A stretch of DNA of 57,046 bases from assembly GCA_020184695.1 (NCBI GenBank), contig JAANOX010000027.1:1-57046 (forward strand), written 5' to 3'. The stretch comes from Histomonas meleagridis 2922-C6/04-290x (taxonomy: Eukaryota; Protista; Parabasalia). The notes under the pieces were generated by a model, which was not told the origin of the DNA, ran no database searches, and saw nothing but the letters and a program-made list of their open reading frames with translations. How positions within the stretch are numbered: the stretch's first letter is position 1; every line of letters begins with the position of its first letter. The position numbers were made by a program, and so were the translations under genes. Below, in pieces: positions 10,243 to 21,729 of this stretch.

Positions 10243-11262
10243 ATGAAATGTTTTATCTATAACATGAAAGTTTTTAATGACTTCAAAAGTTGGAATGGGA
10301 ATATGTTACGTTGGCAAATTAATTCATATCGTGGTGATGATAAAAATCTTAGCGAATATCATGAGCGGATCAATAATAAACTTGATGAGCTTGAAGTTGT
10401 TCTCAAAAAAGCTGAAGAACTAAAAATTTGGATTGTAATTGATATGCATTATCCACTAGGTGGTACTCATGGATCAGGTATTTATGATAATACAACATTA
10501 TATGATTAATATGTTGAATTATGGAAAAGAATTGCAACCAGATTCAAGAATTATTCTATGGTTTGGGCTTATGATCTTATAAATGAACCTAGCAATACTG
10601 GTACAAACATTTATAATCTTCAAAGTCAATATGAACTTGTTAAAATAGTTCGAGAAATTGATCCATATACACCAATAATAATCGAATTTTATCCTTGGGC
10701 AAATTTTGGAATTGATTATATGAATCGTGCATTACCTTTTAAAGATATTATATATTCTGTTCATGTATATTCACCATCAGAATATACTCACCAAGGAGTT
10801 TTATCTAGGAAAAATAATAGCGGAAGTTATCCTGGTTTAATTAATGATGTTTATTATAATAAGACAGTCGTCGAAAAATATTATAAAGATATAATTGACT
10901 TTCAAAATGAACATAATGCTAAAATATATATGGGAGAATTTTCTGCTATTTTATGGGCAGAAGGAGCTGAAAAATATATCGAAGATGTAATACAAATAGC
11001 AGAAGATCATGAGTGGGATTGGACTTATCATGCATTTAGAGAATGGAATGGTTGGAGTGTAGAACATGAATGGTTAACTGGACCAAGAGTTGAAACAACA
11101 GCAAGAAAAGAAGTGTTGTTAAAATATTATAAACTAAATGAAAATGCTACATTCCCTTAGTTTCCACCAAAACTTGAAACATGTTCTATAGCTGGTCTTG
11201 TTTTGGTTGTAAATACACTGGCATTTTTCATTGCTATTATTATCAAATAGGTAAGAAATTAA
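10243..11262 (+). pseudogene. GH5 (cellulase-family) glycoside hydrolase with in-frame stops and a C-terminal TM segment
   Basis: One reading frame runs through TAA 10507-9, TAG 11158-60 and TAG 11248-50. Motifs: IDMH, YDLINEP (acid/base Glu), YSVHVY, YMGEFS (nucleophile Glu), WTYHAFREW. After the first TAG comes SIAGLVLVVNTLAFFIAIIIK. Confidence 0.85.
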
Positions 11263-11532
11263 TGAATCATTATAATAAACAATAAAATGAGTTGCGTTAA
11301 AATATAATTTTTTCCATTTATAATGAGAATCTCTGTGATAATAAAATTTATTATATCTAATTTTATGGATTATATAAAGACATATGTCTTTTTTATAATT
11401 TTTTAAATGTGATTTTTGTAGATGTTATTATTTTCGTATAGATTTCAAGTTTTATAGCTAATAATATTAATAATATTGGTATTGATTTAAAGATAAATAA
11501 AAAAATAATTTAAAAAAAAAATCGTATAATAT

Positions 11533-12582
11533 TTATTTCATCGATACAAGGCATGTTCTGGTCATTTCTTCATCCTTGCCACATGCTTCAAAAACTTGGA
11601 TAACCATCATGGTATCAAAACCAAGATTTTCCAAATTATGAATTGATAATTGTTCTTTCTTTGTAAACTTTGAAATTAACATTTCATACTGTGATTTTCT
11701 TCCAAATTCAGAAAGATCGAAGTCATTTGGGTTCAATCCAATGCTTGCAAGGAATCCGGCTGGATCATCACGAATGAAACCAGCAATTGCAGGATTATCT
11801 TGTGCCGTTTGATCTAAGAAAGATCTTAAACTTGCTGGATTTCTAATAAGTTCATCTCTAAACAATAGAAAGTTCTGTATTGAGTTATCACCATCTTCTT
11901 CCTCATCGTCAATTTCGGATGCAGGAATTTCATCACATTCTTCATCATCAAAGTAATCATCATCACCAAATGTGATATTCTTAGGCTCTGACATTGGGAC
12001 ATCAGAAACAGAAATAAGGTTTGGAGCTTCAGGAATATAGCCCGATAATAAAAAGTCTGCTGCACGATCCATATTACCAACTGATGCTCGAAGAGCATTT
12101 TCACAATCACATTCTGAGAAACCCATTGCCATAAGTTTTTGGACATTTTCATGGAAGTTTGGTGGATCAGGGTAACGTTTTGCTCTTGTAAATGATGGTA
12201 ATGGTTCAACTGATGGAAGTTTTTCAACTTTCTTTGGCGATTCTTTAACACTCTTTTCTGACTTTGGAGTTTCAAGTTGTTGTGGGCTTGATTCTTTTTG
12301 TTGTGGTTGTTGAGGCTTTGAAACGATTATTTGTTCTTTTGGTTTTACAGGTGACTTCTTTTGTGGAGCTGTATGAAGGACAATGAACCCTTTTCCATCT
12401 ATCCCGAAAGACTGAAGAGTGTCATTATCTGAAAGAATTTTTGCCTTAAAAATCAATTTCATTTTTTCTGAGTCAAGTGCATACTCTTGTGCAAGCCTTT
12501 GCTTTACTGACAGTATAGTATCGGTTGGGTTAAGTTCAAGCTTATAGAGTTTGTTGCTGATGGTTCTGAAGTTAACAATCAT
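11533..12582 (-). CDS. RAD23: RAD23-like UBL-UBA-STI1-UBA protein
   Basis: UBL (MIVNFRTISNKLYKLEL...KLIFKAKILSD), UBA (LMAMGFSECDCENALRASVGNMDRAADFLL), XPC-binding-like segment and a second UBA (LENLGF...VFEACGKDEE). Inr-like TCACTTT precedes the ATG. Confidence 0.92.
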   Translation of the reverse strand: MIVNFRTISNKLYKLELNPTDTILSVKQRLAQEYALDSEKMKLIFKAKILSDNDTLQSFGIDGKGFIVLHTAPQKKSPVKPKEQIIVSKPQQPQQKESSPQQLETPKSEKSVKESPKKVEKLPSVEPLPSFTRAKRYPDPPNFHENVQKLMAMGFSECDCENALRASVGNMDRAADFLLSGYIPEAPNLISVSDVPMSEPKNITFGDDDYFDDEECDEIPASEIDDEEEDGDNSIQNFLLFRDELIRNPASLRSFLDQTAQDNPAIAGFIRDDPAGFLASIGLNPNDFDLSEFGRKSQYEMLISKFTKKEQLSIHNLENLGFDTMMVIQVFEACGKDEEMTRTCLVSMK

Positions 12583-12751
12583 ATAAAGTGATATGTACAA
12601 CTAACGTACAGATTTAGTTTTTTCAGAGCAAATGACGTTAACTTTTAACGTCCGGTGTGTTTCAATGTTTTTTTCATGGTCATTTTAATTTGTTATGTAA
12701 TAAAAATGCCAATAAATATTGAGGCCGTTTAAGAAAAAGATCCTATACAAA

Positions 12752-13060
12752 ATGGAAAGAAAAGCATTATTTCAGTCATTATTTAAATCACTTCAAGGAC
12801 AATTAGTTATAGTTGAGCTCAAAAATAATGTAGCTATCAAGGGAGAACTACAACTCTGTGATAATTTTTACAATCTTAAATTGGTTTCTGCAGAAGTTTT
12901 GAATAAAGCAGCATTTCCGCAACTCCCAAGAATATCATCTGTTTTCATACGTGGTTCATCTATTCGTTATGTGCATTTGCCACCAGAAGAAGTTGATCTA
13001 AATAAGTTACATATTGAATCAAAACAATACAATTCTAATCTCAAAAGTAACAGTCTATAA
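12752..13060 (+). CDS. LSM2: Sm-like protein LSm2
   Basis: LFQSLFKSLQGQLVIVELKNN...VFIRGSSIRYVHLPPEEVD. Divergently transcribed from RAD23. Confidence 0.85.
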   Translation: MERKALFQSLFKSLQGQLVIVELKNNVAIKGELQLCDNFYNLKLVSAEVLNKAAFPQLPRISSVFIRGSSIRYVHLPPEEVDLNKLHIESKQYNSNLKSNSL

Positions 13061-13080
13061 AATACTCTATTTAATAAACA

Positions 13081-13635
13081 TCAATTCTGTCCACTATTCA
13101 CAGATTCATAGCTATACTCATATGAATAATCTAATGGAGATTTTGACTTTTTTGTTGCTAATACCGCTTCAAGTCTTGCAATTTCTAAGTCAAGCTTTCT
13201 AAGTTCTTTAATTTCTGCATCATCATCTTCTATTGTAATTTGTTTAGAAATGTCTTGCTTGTGTTGCATGATTTTCATATTACTCTCTATTTCTGCAAGT
13301 GTAGCCAAATCTCTTTCAACTTCTAAAAGATGGTTTAGTTCATCATACAGTTGCTTACCTAATGATGTAGGACTTAAATTTCGATTTATTTTTGTAGTGC
13401 TTTTCTCTTTTATTTCGGGGAAATTGTATCTTTCAAAAGAGTATACTCCATCAGAGATTTGGATACAATTTGTTTTTGAAATTTTAATTTCTTTTTTTGG
13501 ATTATTAATTTCAAAAGAATTTCGTCTCTCTAATGAATCCAGACAAACTTTTTTACCACATAAAATGTCAACAATTGAAGGTCCCGAATTTACAAAAAAA
13601 TTTGGATTCACAGCACAAAATTTCTTTTTGTTCAT
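13081..13635 (-). CDS. Hypothetical protein with a C-terminal coiled coil
   Basis: 184-aa ATG ORF in a gene-dense block, with a heptad-like C-terminal third. Confidence 0.6.
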   Translation of the reverse strand: MNKKKFCAVNPNFFVNSGPSIVDILCGKKVCLDSLERRNSFEINNPKKEIKISKTNCIQISDGVYSFERYNFPEIKEKSTTKINRNLSPTSLGKQLYDELNHLLEVERDLATLAEIESNMKIMQHKQDISKQITIEDDDAEIKELRKLDLEIARLEAVLATKKSKSPLDYSYEYSYESVNSGQN

Positions 13636-13881
13636 TTTGAAATTCGAGTTAACGTATTTTTTACAAACAAAACCGTTTATTAATCAGAATCGGTTATTTT
13701 CTGAGAATAAACAACTGAAAATATTTACGATGCGCAAACTCATCCAAAAGGATTATATATATAAAAGGTTTTATTATAAACGTTTATATAGGAAACCAAA
13801 GAGATCATGTATCCCTATCATTTAGTTGTGAATTACAATAAAATTAAAAATTAATTTTCCATTCCATAAATCGTGGGGTAA

Positions 13882-15057
13882 TTAAGACATTAATAAATTT
13901 GATTGAGTCAATGAATTACTTTGTGCAAAAGTATTTGATTGTGTGAATATTAATGTTGGCATTGGCAAACAACCATCAATTATTTCTTTGGTTATATTTA
14001 ATTCTCCAAATTTTTCATTTTGATATGTTTCATACACCATAACATATATTTCATTAATTCCATTGAAACAGTTTCCATTAATAGATGGTGAAGTTTCACC
14101 ATAAAAATATATGCACTTAAGTGAAGAACAATAAGAAAATGCATCCGCTCCAAATGATTTTACATTCTTTCCAATGATTAATGTTTCTAATTCTTTACAT
14201 GAATAAAAAGCCATTGATTGAATTTCTGTAACAGTGTTTGATATGATGACATTTGTAATTAAACAATTATTGAATGCAGAATCTTTGATTATATTTACAT
14301 TAGCTCCAAAAGAAATTGACAATAAATTTTTACATGAATCAAATGCATTCGATTCAATTGAAGTTACTGAATCTGGAATTTTGAATGTTTCGCTGTTATT
14401 TCCATTTGGATAACTAATAAGTTTCGTAATTTCTTTATCATATAAAACCCCATCATTTTCATAATTTGAATAATATGAATTTTCTTTACGAATTTTGATG
14501 AATTGAAGACTATAACAGCGAAGAAATGGATTTGTGGATATTGAAGAAACTGTACTTGGAATTGTAACATATGTAAGATTATAACAATTTTGAAACATTG
14601 TTGATCCAATTGTTTTTACACCTTCATTAAAAAACACTGTTTCAAGTCCTTCGCATCCATTGAAGACATTTTCCCCAATTGTTCTAAGATTACTTTTAAA
14701 TGTTACATTTTTTAATGCAGTACAATATCTAAATGCATAAACCCCAATATTTGTTATACTTTCTCCAAATGACATTTTCTAAATTAAAGCAACTTTGAAA
14801 TGCATTTCCTCCAATTGAAGTAACTGAATTACCAATTTCAACAGTAATCAATGATTTCCAATCAGAGAAAGCTTCATTTGGAATTTCGGTTATTTCATTC
14901 GTAATGATGACATGCATCGTATAGTTTTGATATTCACTTGTAAATTCACTTGAATTAGTGATTGTTAATGTTCCTGTTTCATTACTAAACGTTTGTAACG
15001 AATGAGAAAAAAAGAAAATAAATATTGTTAAAATAAATTTGTAATTTATTTTTTCTT
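13882..15057 (-). pseudogene. BspA-like (TpLRR/LRR_5) surface protein, copy A; frameshifted and lacking the TM/tail
   Basis: Repeats such as VTSIGGNAFQSCFNLENV and IPDSVTSIESNAFDSCKNL. Frameshift at about 14770. Ends in SNT/SNS repeats without a TM helix. Confidence 0.85.
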
Positions 15058-15488
15058 CTATTTGAATAATATTTAGGTTAAGCTTGAAAGGAAAACAGTT
15101 TGTTTTTATATATAATACAAGAAATATTAAAATCAATAAGTTTACCAAAAAATAATATTTTGAATTTTTATATAAAGAATCAAAAGAAACAAAGAAAGAT
15201 GATACAAAAGAAGAGGAGCATTTATATTTTTGCTGGTAATGTTATAAAATTTTTTGATCATATATTGAACTTATAATAAAATTAAAGACATTTGAAGTAT
15301 TACATGAAACTGAGTCATTTCCAATCTTTGGAGAGATTATAAATTTTTTTGAGAAAAATAAATTACTTTGGCAATTTTTTTGAAAATTGATTTTTTTATT
15401 AATGATGTAAAGAACAAACTGTATTAATGTTATAATTAAATTCAGGAAAAGCTTAGAAAAATTGTTCTTAAAAGAAACCATTTGATGG

Positions 15489-15690
15489 AAGCGCAACTTG
15501 AAAGCTTGTGCAAAAGTTGCGCTTAAAAACCCAAAAACCTGAAACGATTGACCAGGAATTAATTATTGTTAGGTTTATTATATCTGGTTTGAATTCAAAA
15601 CGTTGAATTTGAGCTCATAGAGTTACTTTTGATCCGGTCAAGTTTCAAGATTGACTAAGGGAGGACTTTAACCGCCTAAAAAAGTCCCTT
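15489..15690 (+). ncRNA. Candidate structured RNA or structured element end (three strong stems); strand uncertain
   Basis: Perfect 11-bp stem 15489-99/15514-24; bulged 15-bp stem 15540-57/15633-47 enclosing a 7-bp hairpin; 10-bp bulged stem 15658-15690. Confidence 0.35.
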
Positions 15691-16283
15691 AACGTGCATT
15701 AACGTACAAAAAACCCAATAAAATTTCCAAAAATTTTAGTCATTGAGTGAAACATGATTTAAGCAATCTGCGTGAAAATGCACAACGAATAATGAAACAA
15801 CTACAGAGTTTAGAGGATGAAGAACTCGAATTTGACAAAAGATGTCAACTTGTACTGGAATAAGCGCCGAAGAAAATCAAAAAATGAAAAATAATGTGAC
15901 GAAAGTGATGAATCAGACGTAGTGAGTGGGGTAGCAGAAGATATTAAGAAGAGAAAATTGAAACAAAAAGAACAACAAAAGAAAAGTAAAAAAGTGCATT
16001 CGTTTTGTTTGGGATAACCCATCCACACATTCCACAAAATAAATAATTATTCAACATAATGAATTAAATATTTACATTATTAAACTTAATAAAGCAAAAA
16101 TTGTCATTTATTAAACAATTTCTTTTCACAATATTTTTTATTTTGATTTAAAACGTGTTAAGCATAATTTTAAAATTTCCTTTATTAAGAATTATTTTAA
16201 ACAAATGTGAACCCATTAATTTTTTCCAAATTTGATTTTTATGGGAAAAGAAATAAAAAAAAACTCCACATCTCAAAATGGAT

Positions 16284-18313
16284 TTATTTCTTTTCCTTTT
16301 CTAAAAGTAATTTGACTATATTAGTATAAGCAATTTCAGATGCATACATAAGTGCTGTTCTAAAAAATTTGAATAATTTCCAAATATTATTTGTGAAATA
16401 TAAAATTATTAAAATAAATATTAAATAAAACAAATAAATATCTTTAGCATTAACATCAATTCCTTTATGTTCAAGAAGTAATTTTGCTATTTCGGTATAA
16501 CTTTTCTGTGATGCATATATAAGCGGTGTAATAAAAAATTGTAATATATTAAAAATATTGTTTCAAAATAAAAAATTAGGAAAAACTTGAAAAACATTAA
16601 TAAAACAAAACCACTATTTACGTTAATATTTTCTTGATTAAGAAGAAGTTTAGTAATTTCATAATTTTGATTGAAAACTGCACAAAAAAGAGCTGTTTTA
16701 TATGATTATAATATAGTTCGAATATTAATATGAAACATCAAAATTTAAAAATATATTTTTTTAGAGATAAAAAAACGTTCTTTTCATTGATATCTATCCC
16801 ATTTTGTTGTAATAGTAATTCAACCATTTCATAATGATTACATATAGTTGCATCAATAAGTGCTGTTCGAAATATTTATAAAAAATTCCGAATTTGATAT
16901 TAAAATATCAAATAATTAGAAGAAACATTTTATAAACATAATAAAAATCTTTAGCATTGATATTAACTCCACTTTTATGAAGGATAAATTTAGTAACATT
17001 AATACAATTGTTTTCAGCTGCATATATTAATGGTGTTTTAAATAAAATAAATAAATTCCAAATATTATATTCGATCTAAAAATAATATGAAATAACATTA
17101 TACAAAGCAAAATAATATCTCTCATATTAATATCAAATCCTTTTTGATTAAGTAAAAAATCTATGAACTCAATATTTTGAGCTTTTATCATTAAAAACAA
17201 ATAATCTTGAGGATATTGTTTTCCTTCAAGGAAATACATCACTAACAATGCATTACCATTTCTTACAGCTTCATTAATAATCATATTATTTACTTCCATT
17301 CCTTCTTTTTCTAAAAATAAAAGGTATTCATAATTATCATATGTTACACATTTTATTCCCAAATAAGTTAAGTTGTTAACTTCTTCTAACTTATTTTCGG
17401 ATATATAATAAATAACATCATTTTTATGATACTCTATTGCTGTTTCAAATAATCCTTCAGACGATGATTGATTTTGTACACATAAATGAATGATTTCAAT
17501 GTTTCCACCAACTATTGCATATTTAATTGCATTATTTAATTTGGAACCATTCATAAGTAAATATTTAAAACATTTAATTGATCCAAAAAATGATGCATAT
17601 TCAATTAATGTAACATTTTCTTTATTAATAAAGGAACATATTTCATAAAGTGATGGCGTAATATATTGATTATAATCGAATTCTTCTTGTGAAGATATTT
17701 CTTGAAGTTCTTCCAAATTATCATTACGAATTACTTTCGCAATTCTATTTGGATTAATTCCTTCATCAATTAATTTCTTATGAAGTTCAAAATCATTCTT
17801 TGAAAGTTCTTCATAATTTTCTATAAAATTATTTTCTATTATCGAATTTTTAGTATATTTTGTTTTATTTTCTTCTTCTGTTTTATATTGTGCAAAATAT
17901 TTTGATTTGATATTTTTGGTAATATTTATATTAGCTAAATTTCGTTCAATCATCTTTTCAAGAATATAATATGATTCTTGTAAATCTTTTGTAAGAATAA
18001 AATCAGTAAATACTTTGATTAACCTATTATAAAGTTTAATACCAATTTCTTCTTCTTTCTGTTCAATTGATTTTATAAATTCTAAATATAAATTAATATC
18101 CTTCTTTTGGGAAATAAAAGAAATCAAAATTATTCTACTGATTGCATAGTTAAATGAATATGGAAAATTTGTATTACATATTTTCATGGTTGATTCAATT
18201 GATTCGGCAAAATTATCTTCATTTAGAGTGAAAATTATATAATCAAGTGATTGCAATATTTCAACGCATTCATCTTTTGGGATTGGATTGATTTGACTTG
18301 ATGCTAAACCCAT
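16284..18313 (-). CDS. Ankyrin-repeat protein (DUF3447-like N-terminus) whose canonical ANK repeats are separated by five 77-78 nt spacers
   Basis: Uninterrupted ORF to 17117 (...GFDINMRD), then stop-free ANK modules at 17039-16947, 16869-16777, 16699-16610, 16532-16440 and 16361-16284 (TAA). Start is ATG 18313 (MGLASS) or 18370. Confidence 0.8.
16362..17116 (-). other. Five fixed-length non-coding spacers (putative non-canonical introns)
   Basis: 17040-17116, 16870-16946, 16700-16776 and 16533-16609 are 77 nt each (the last is 74 if the preceding TTT is exonic); 16362-16439 is 78 nt. None has both GT and AG ends. Confidence 0.75.
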
Positions 18314-19339
18314 ATTGGTGTTTGTCTTGGTGAAACAAAAAACCGCAAAAAAAATTGAAGTGTAAACCATTCCAAAAGTTATTCAACTAGTCAATTGTTT
18401 CATTGCTGTACAATTGACCAAAATTTATATGATTAACTAAATTAAAAATAAATAGAACCCAAAAACTTACAACAAATGTATAATATAAAATTTATATTAG
18501 GATTAAATCAAATGCTTATATTACATAATAAAATATATATACTTTAATTAAGCAAATACACCTAATTAAAATATTTATGTAGATTGTTTAGGCCAACTGC
18601 TCAACATTTGCAATCTTTATATTTCAAGAAGAACTTTTATACAGCATTCTAAGTTAATTATTTTTAAATATTGAAAATACAAAAGGAATATTAAAGTTTT
18701 TGATAAACCACATTTATAGATATTATTGTGAATCATTACTCCCAAAATGTGTGATTTTAATCTTATTAATATATCTATATTTTATTCAAAACAATTATTA
18801 AAAGTATAAATTGCAATTTTATCATTTAAAAATGTTTTGTGAATTTTTCAGATTCAAAGTGAATGAGGTGTTTAATTAGCCTCAAATATATAACATGTTA
18901 ATGTATCGCAGGATAAATCAAATTCTCCATTACCGCAATATTCTTGACCAGAAATAAGATCTTTAGTTGATGAATATCCTTTTTCAATTGGCGTCTGAAA
19001 TACATTTGTAAGTGCACTAACTCCATAACCACCAGCACTTCTTCTAGTGCAATTACTCTAACTAGAAAACAACGAGATGGGAAATCAAATGCTGATTTAA
19101 GACTATCTTGTGAAAATGTTTGTGATTGAATATCACTACTTCAATGCTCACCATATAAACAAGTTTACTTCTTTCTTTTCCTTAATTCTTATGCTCATTA
19201 CAAACACTTTGTTTAACTACTAAACCAAACCTAACACATAAATCTGAAATCAAATAATACTTTTTTGGTGTTTCATTATCTTTTGAACCTAGGAGGGGTT
19301 CGTTTTATAAGTCTTCAATTAAAAAATGAAGTCATGTTA

Positions 19340-19353
19340 AAGGTGATCACCTT
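19340..19353. repeat. Perfect 14-bp palindrome AAGGTGATCACCTT abutting the TATG array
   Basis: Self-reverse-complementary; its last T is the first base of the array. Confidence 0.9.
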
Positions 19354-19768
19354 ATGTATGTATGTATGTATGTATGTATGTATGTATGTATGTATGTATG
19401 TATGTATGTATGTATGTATGTATGTATGTATGTATGTATGTATGTATGTATGTATGTATGTATGTATGTATGTATGTATGTATGTATGTATGTATGTATG
19501 TATGTATGTATGTATGTATGTATGTATGTATGTATGTATGTATGTATGTATGTATGTATGTATGTATGTATGTATGTATGTATGTATGTATGTATGTATG
19601 TATGTATGTATGTATGTATGTATGTATGTATGTATGTATGTATGTATGTATGTATGTATGTATGTATGTATGTATGTATGTATGTATGTATGTATGTATG
19701 TATGTATGTATGTATGTATGTATGTATGTATGTATGTATGTATGCATGTATGTATGCATGTATGTATG

Positions 19769-19800
<32 letters not shown>

Positions 19801-20326
19801 TGTAGTATGTATGTATATGTATGTATGTGCATGTATGTATGTATGTGGATGTATGTATGTATGTATGTATGTATGTATGTATGTATGTATGTATGTATGT
19901 ATGTATGTATGTATGTATGTATGTATGTATGTATGTATGTATGTATGTATGTATGTATGTATGTATGTATGTATGTATGTATGTATGTATGTATGTATGT
20001 ATGTATGTATGTATGTATGTATGTATGTATGTATGTATGTATGTATGTATGTATGTATGTATGTATGTATGTATGTATGTATGTATGTATGTATGTATGT
20101 ATGTATGTATGTATGCATGTATGTATGTATGTATGTATGTATGTATGTATGTATGTATGTATGTATGTATGTATGTATGTATGTATGTATGTATGTATGT
20201 ATGTATGGATGGGTGTAGTGTATGTATGTATGTAGCTGTATGTATGTATGGATTTATGTATGTATGTATGTATGTATGTATGTATGTATGTATGTATGTA
20301 TGTATGTATGTATGTATGTATGTATG

Positions 20327-20360
<34 letters not shown>

Positions 20361-20446
20361 TGTATGTATGTATGTATGTATGTATGTATGTATGTATGTA
20401 TGTATGTATGCATGTATGTATGTATGTATGTATGTATGTATGTATG

Positions 20447-20478
<32 letters not shown>

Positions 20479-20600
20479 TGTATGTATGTATGTATGTATG
20501 TATGTATGTATGTATGTATGCATGTATGTATGTATGTATGTATGTATGTATGTATGTATGTATGTATGTATGTATGTATGTATGTATGTATGTATGTATG

Positions 20601-20631
<31 letters not shown>

Positions 20632-21729
20632 GTATGTATGTATGTATGTATGTATGTATGTATGTATGTATGTATGTATGTATGTATGTATGTATGTATG
20701 TATGTATGTATGTATGTATGTATGTATGTATGTATGTATGTATGTATGTATGTATGTATGTATGTATGAATGTATGTATGAATGTATGTATGTATGTATG
20801 TATGTATGTATGTATGTATGTATGTATGTATGTATGTATGTATGTATGTATGTATGTATGTATGTATGTATGTATGCATGTATGTAGGAATGCATGTACG
20901 TATGTGTGTATGTATGTATGTATGTATGTATGTATGTATGTATGTATGTATGTATGTATGTATGTATGTATGTATGTATGTATGTATGTATGTATGTATG
21001 TATGTATGTATGTATGTATGTATGTATGTATGTGTGTATGTGTGTATGTATGTTTGTGTATGTATGTATGTAGGTATGTGTGTATAGTATGTATGCATGT
21101 ATGTATATGTATGTATGTATGTATGTATATGTATGTATGTGTGTATGTTTGTATGTATCTGTACGTATGTATGTATGTATGTATGTATGTATGTATGTAT
21201 GTATGTATGTATGTATGTATGTATGTATGTATGTATGTATGTATGTATGTATGTATGTATGTATGTATGTATGAATGTATGTATGTATGTATGTATGTAT
21301 GTATGTATGTATGTATGTATGTATGTATGTATGTATGTATGTATGTATGTATGTATGTATGTATATATGTATGTATGTATGTAATGTATGTATGCATGTA
21401 TGTATGTATGTATGTATGTATGTATGTATGTATGCTATGTATGTATGTATGTATGTATGCATGTATGTATGTATGTATGTATGTATGTATATGTATGTAT
21501 GTATGCATGTATGTATGTATGTATAGTATGTATGTATGTATGTATGTATGTATGTATGTATGTATGTATGTATGTATAGTATGTATGTATGTATGATGTA
21601 TGTATGTATGTATGTATGTATGTATGTATGTATGTATGTATGTATGTATGTATGTATGTATGTATGTATGTATGTATGTATGTATGTATGTATGTATGTA
21701 TGTATGTATGTATGTATGTATGTATGTAT
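19353..21729. repeat. About 2.4-kb (TATG)n tetranucleotide array
   Basis: Long perfect TATG tracts with clustered variant units (CATG, AATG, TGTG, small indels). All ORFs predicted here are artefacts of the repeat. Confidence 0.99.

Noticed and set aside
10507-11262. UAA/UAG-to-Gln code reassignment suggested by the GH5 in-frame stops
   Set aside because: Conserved genes in the window (Rab, RPL35, cofilin, UBE2T, RAD23, Rac) end at TAA at the expected positions, so the stops are nonsense mutations or errors.
12588-12611. Plus-strand GT...ACTAACGTACAG resembling a short parabasalid intron
   Set aside because: It lies antisense to the RAD23 initiator/5' leader with no plus-strand exon context; probably coincidence.
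16362-17116. Explaining the ankyrin spacers as U12 (AT-AC) introns or by ribosomal frameshift readthrough
   Set aside because: No ATATCCTT or TCCTTAAC signals, and AT-AC cuts would destroy the Thr codon. Two of these spacers (and the one at 37210) have in-frame stops before the motif, excluding simple readthrough.
18880-19250. Coding-like minus-strand fragment (…RRSAGGYGVSALTNVFQTP…)
   Set aside because: Short, broken by stops and no family recognised.
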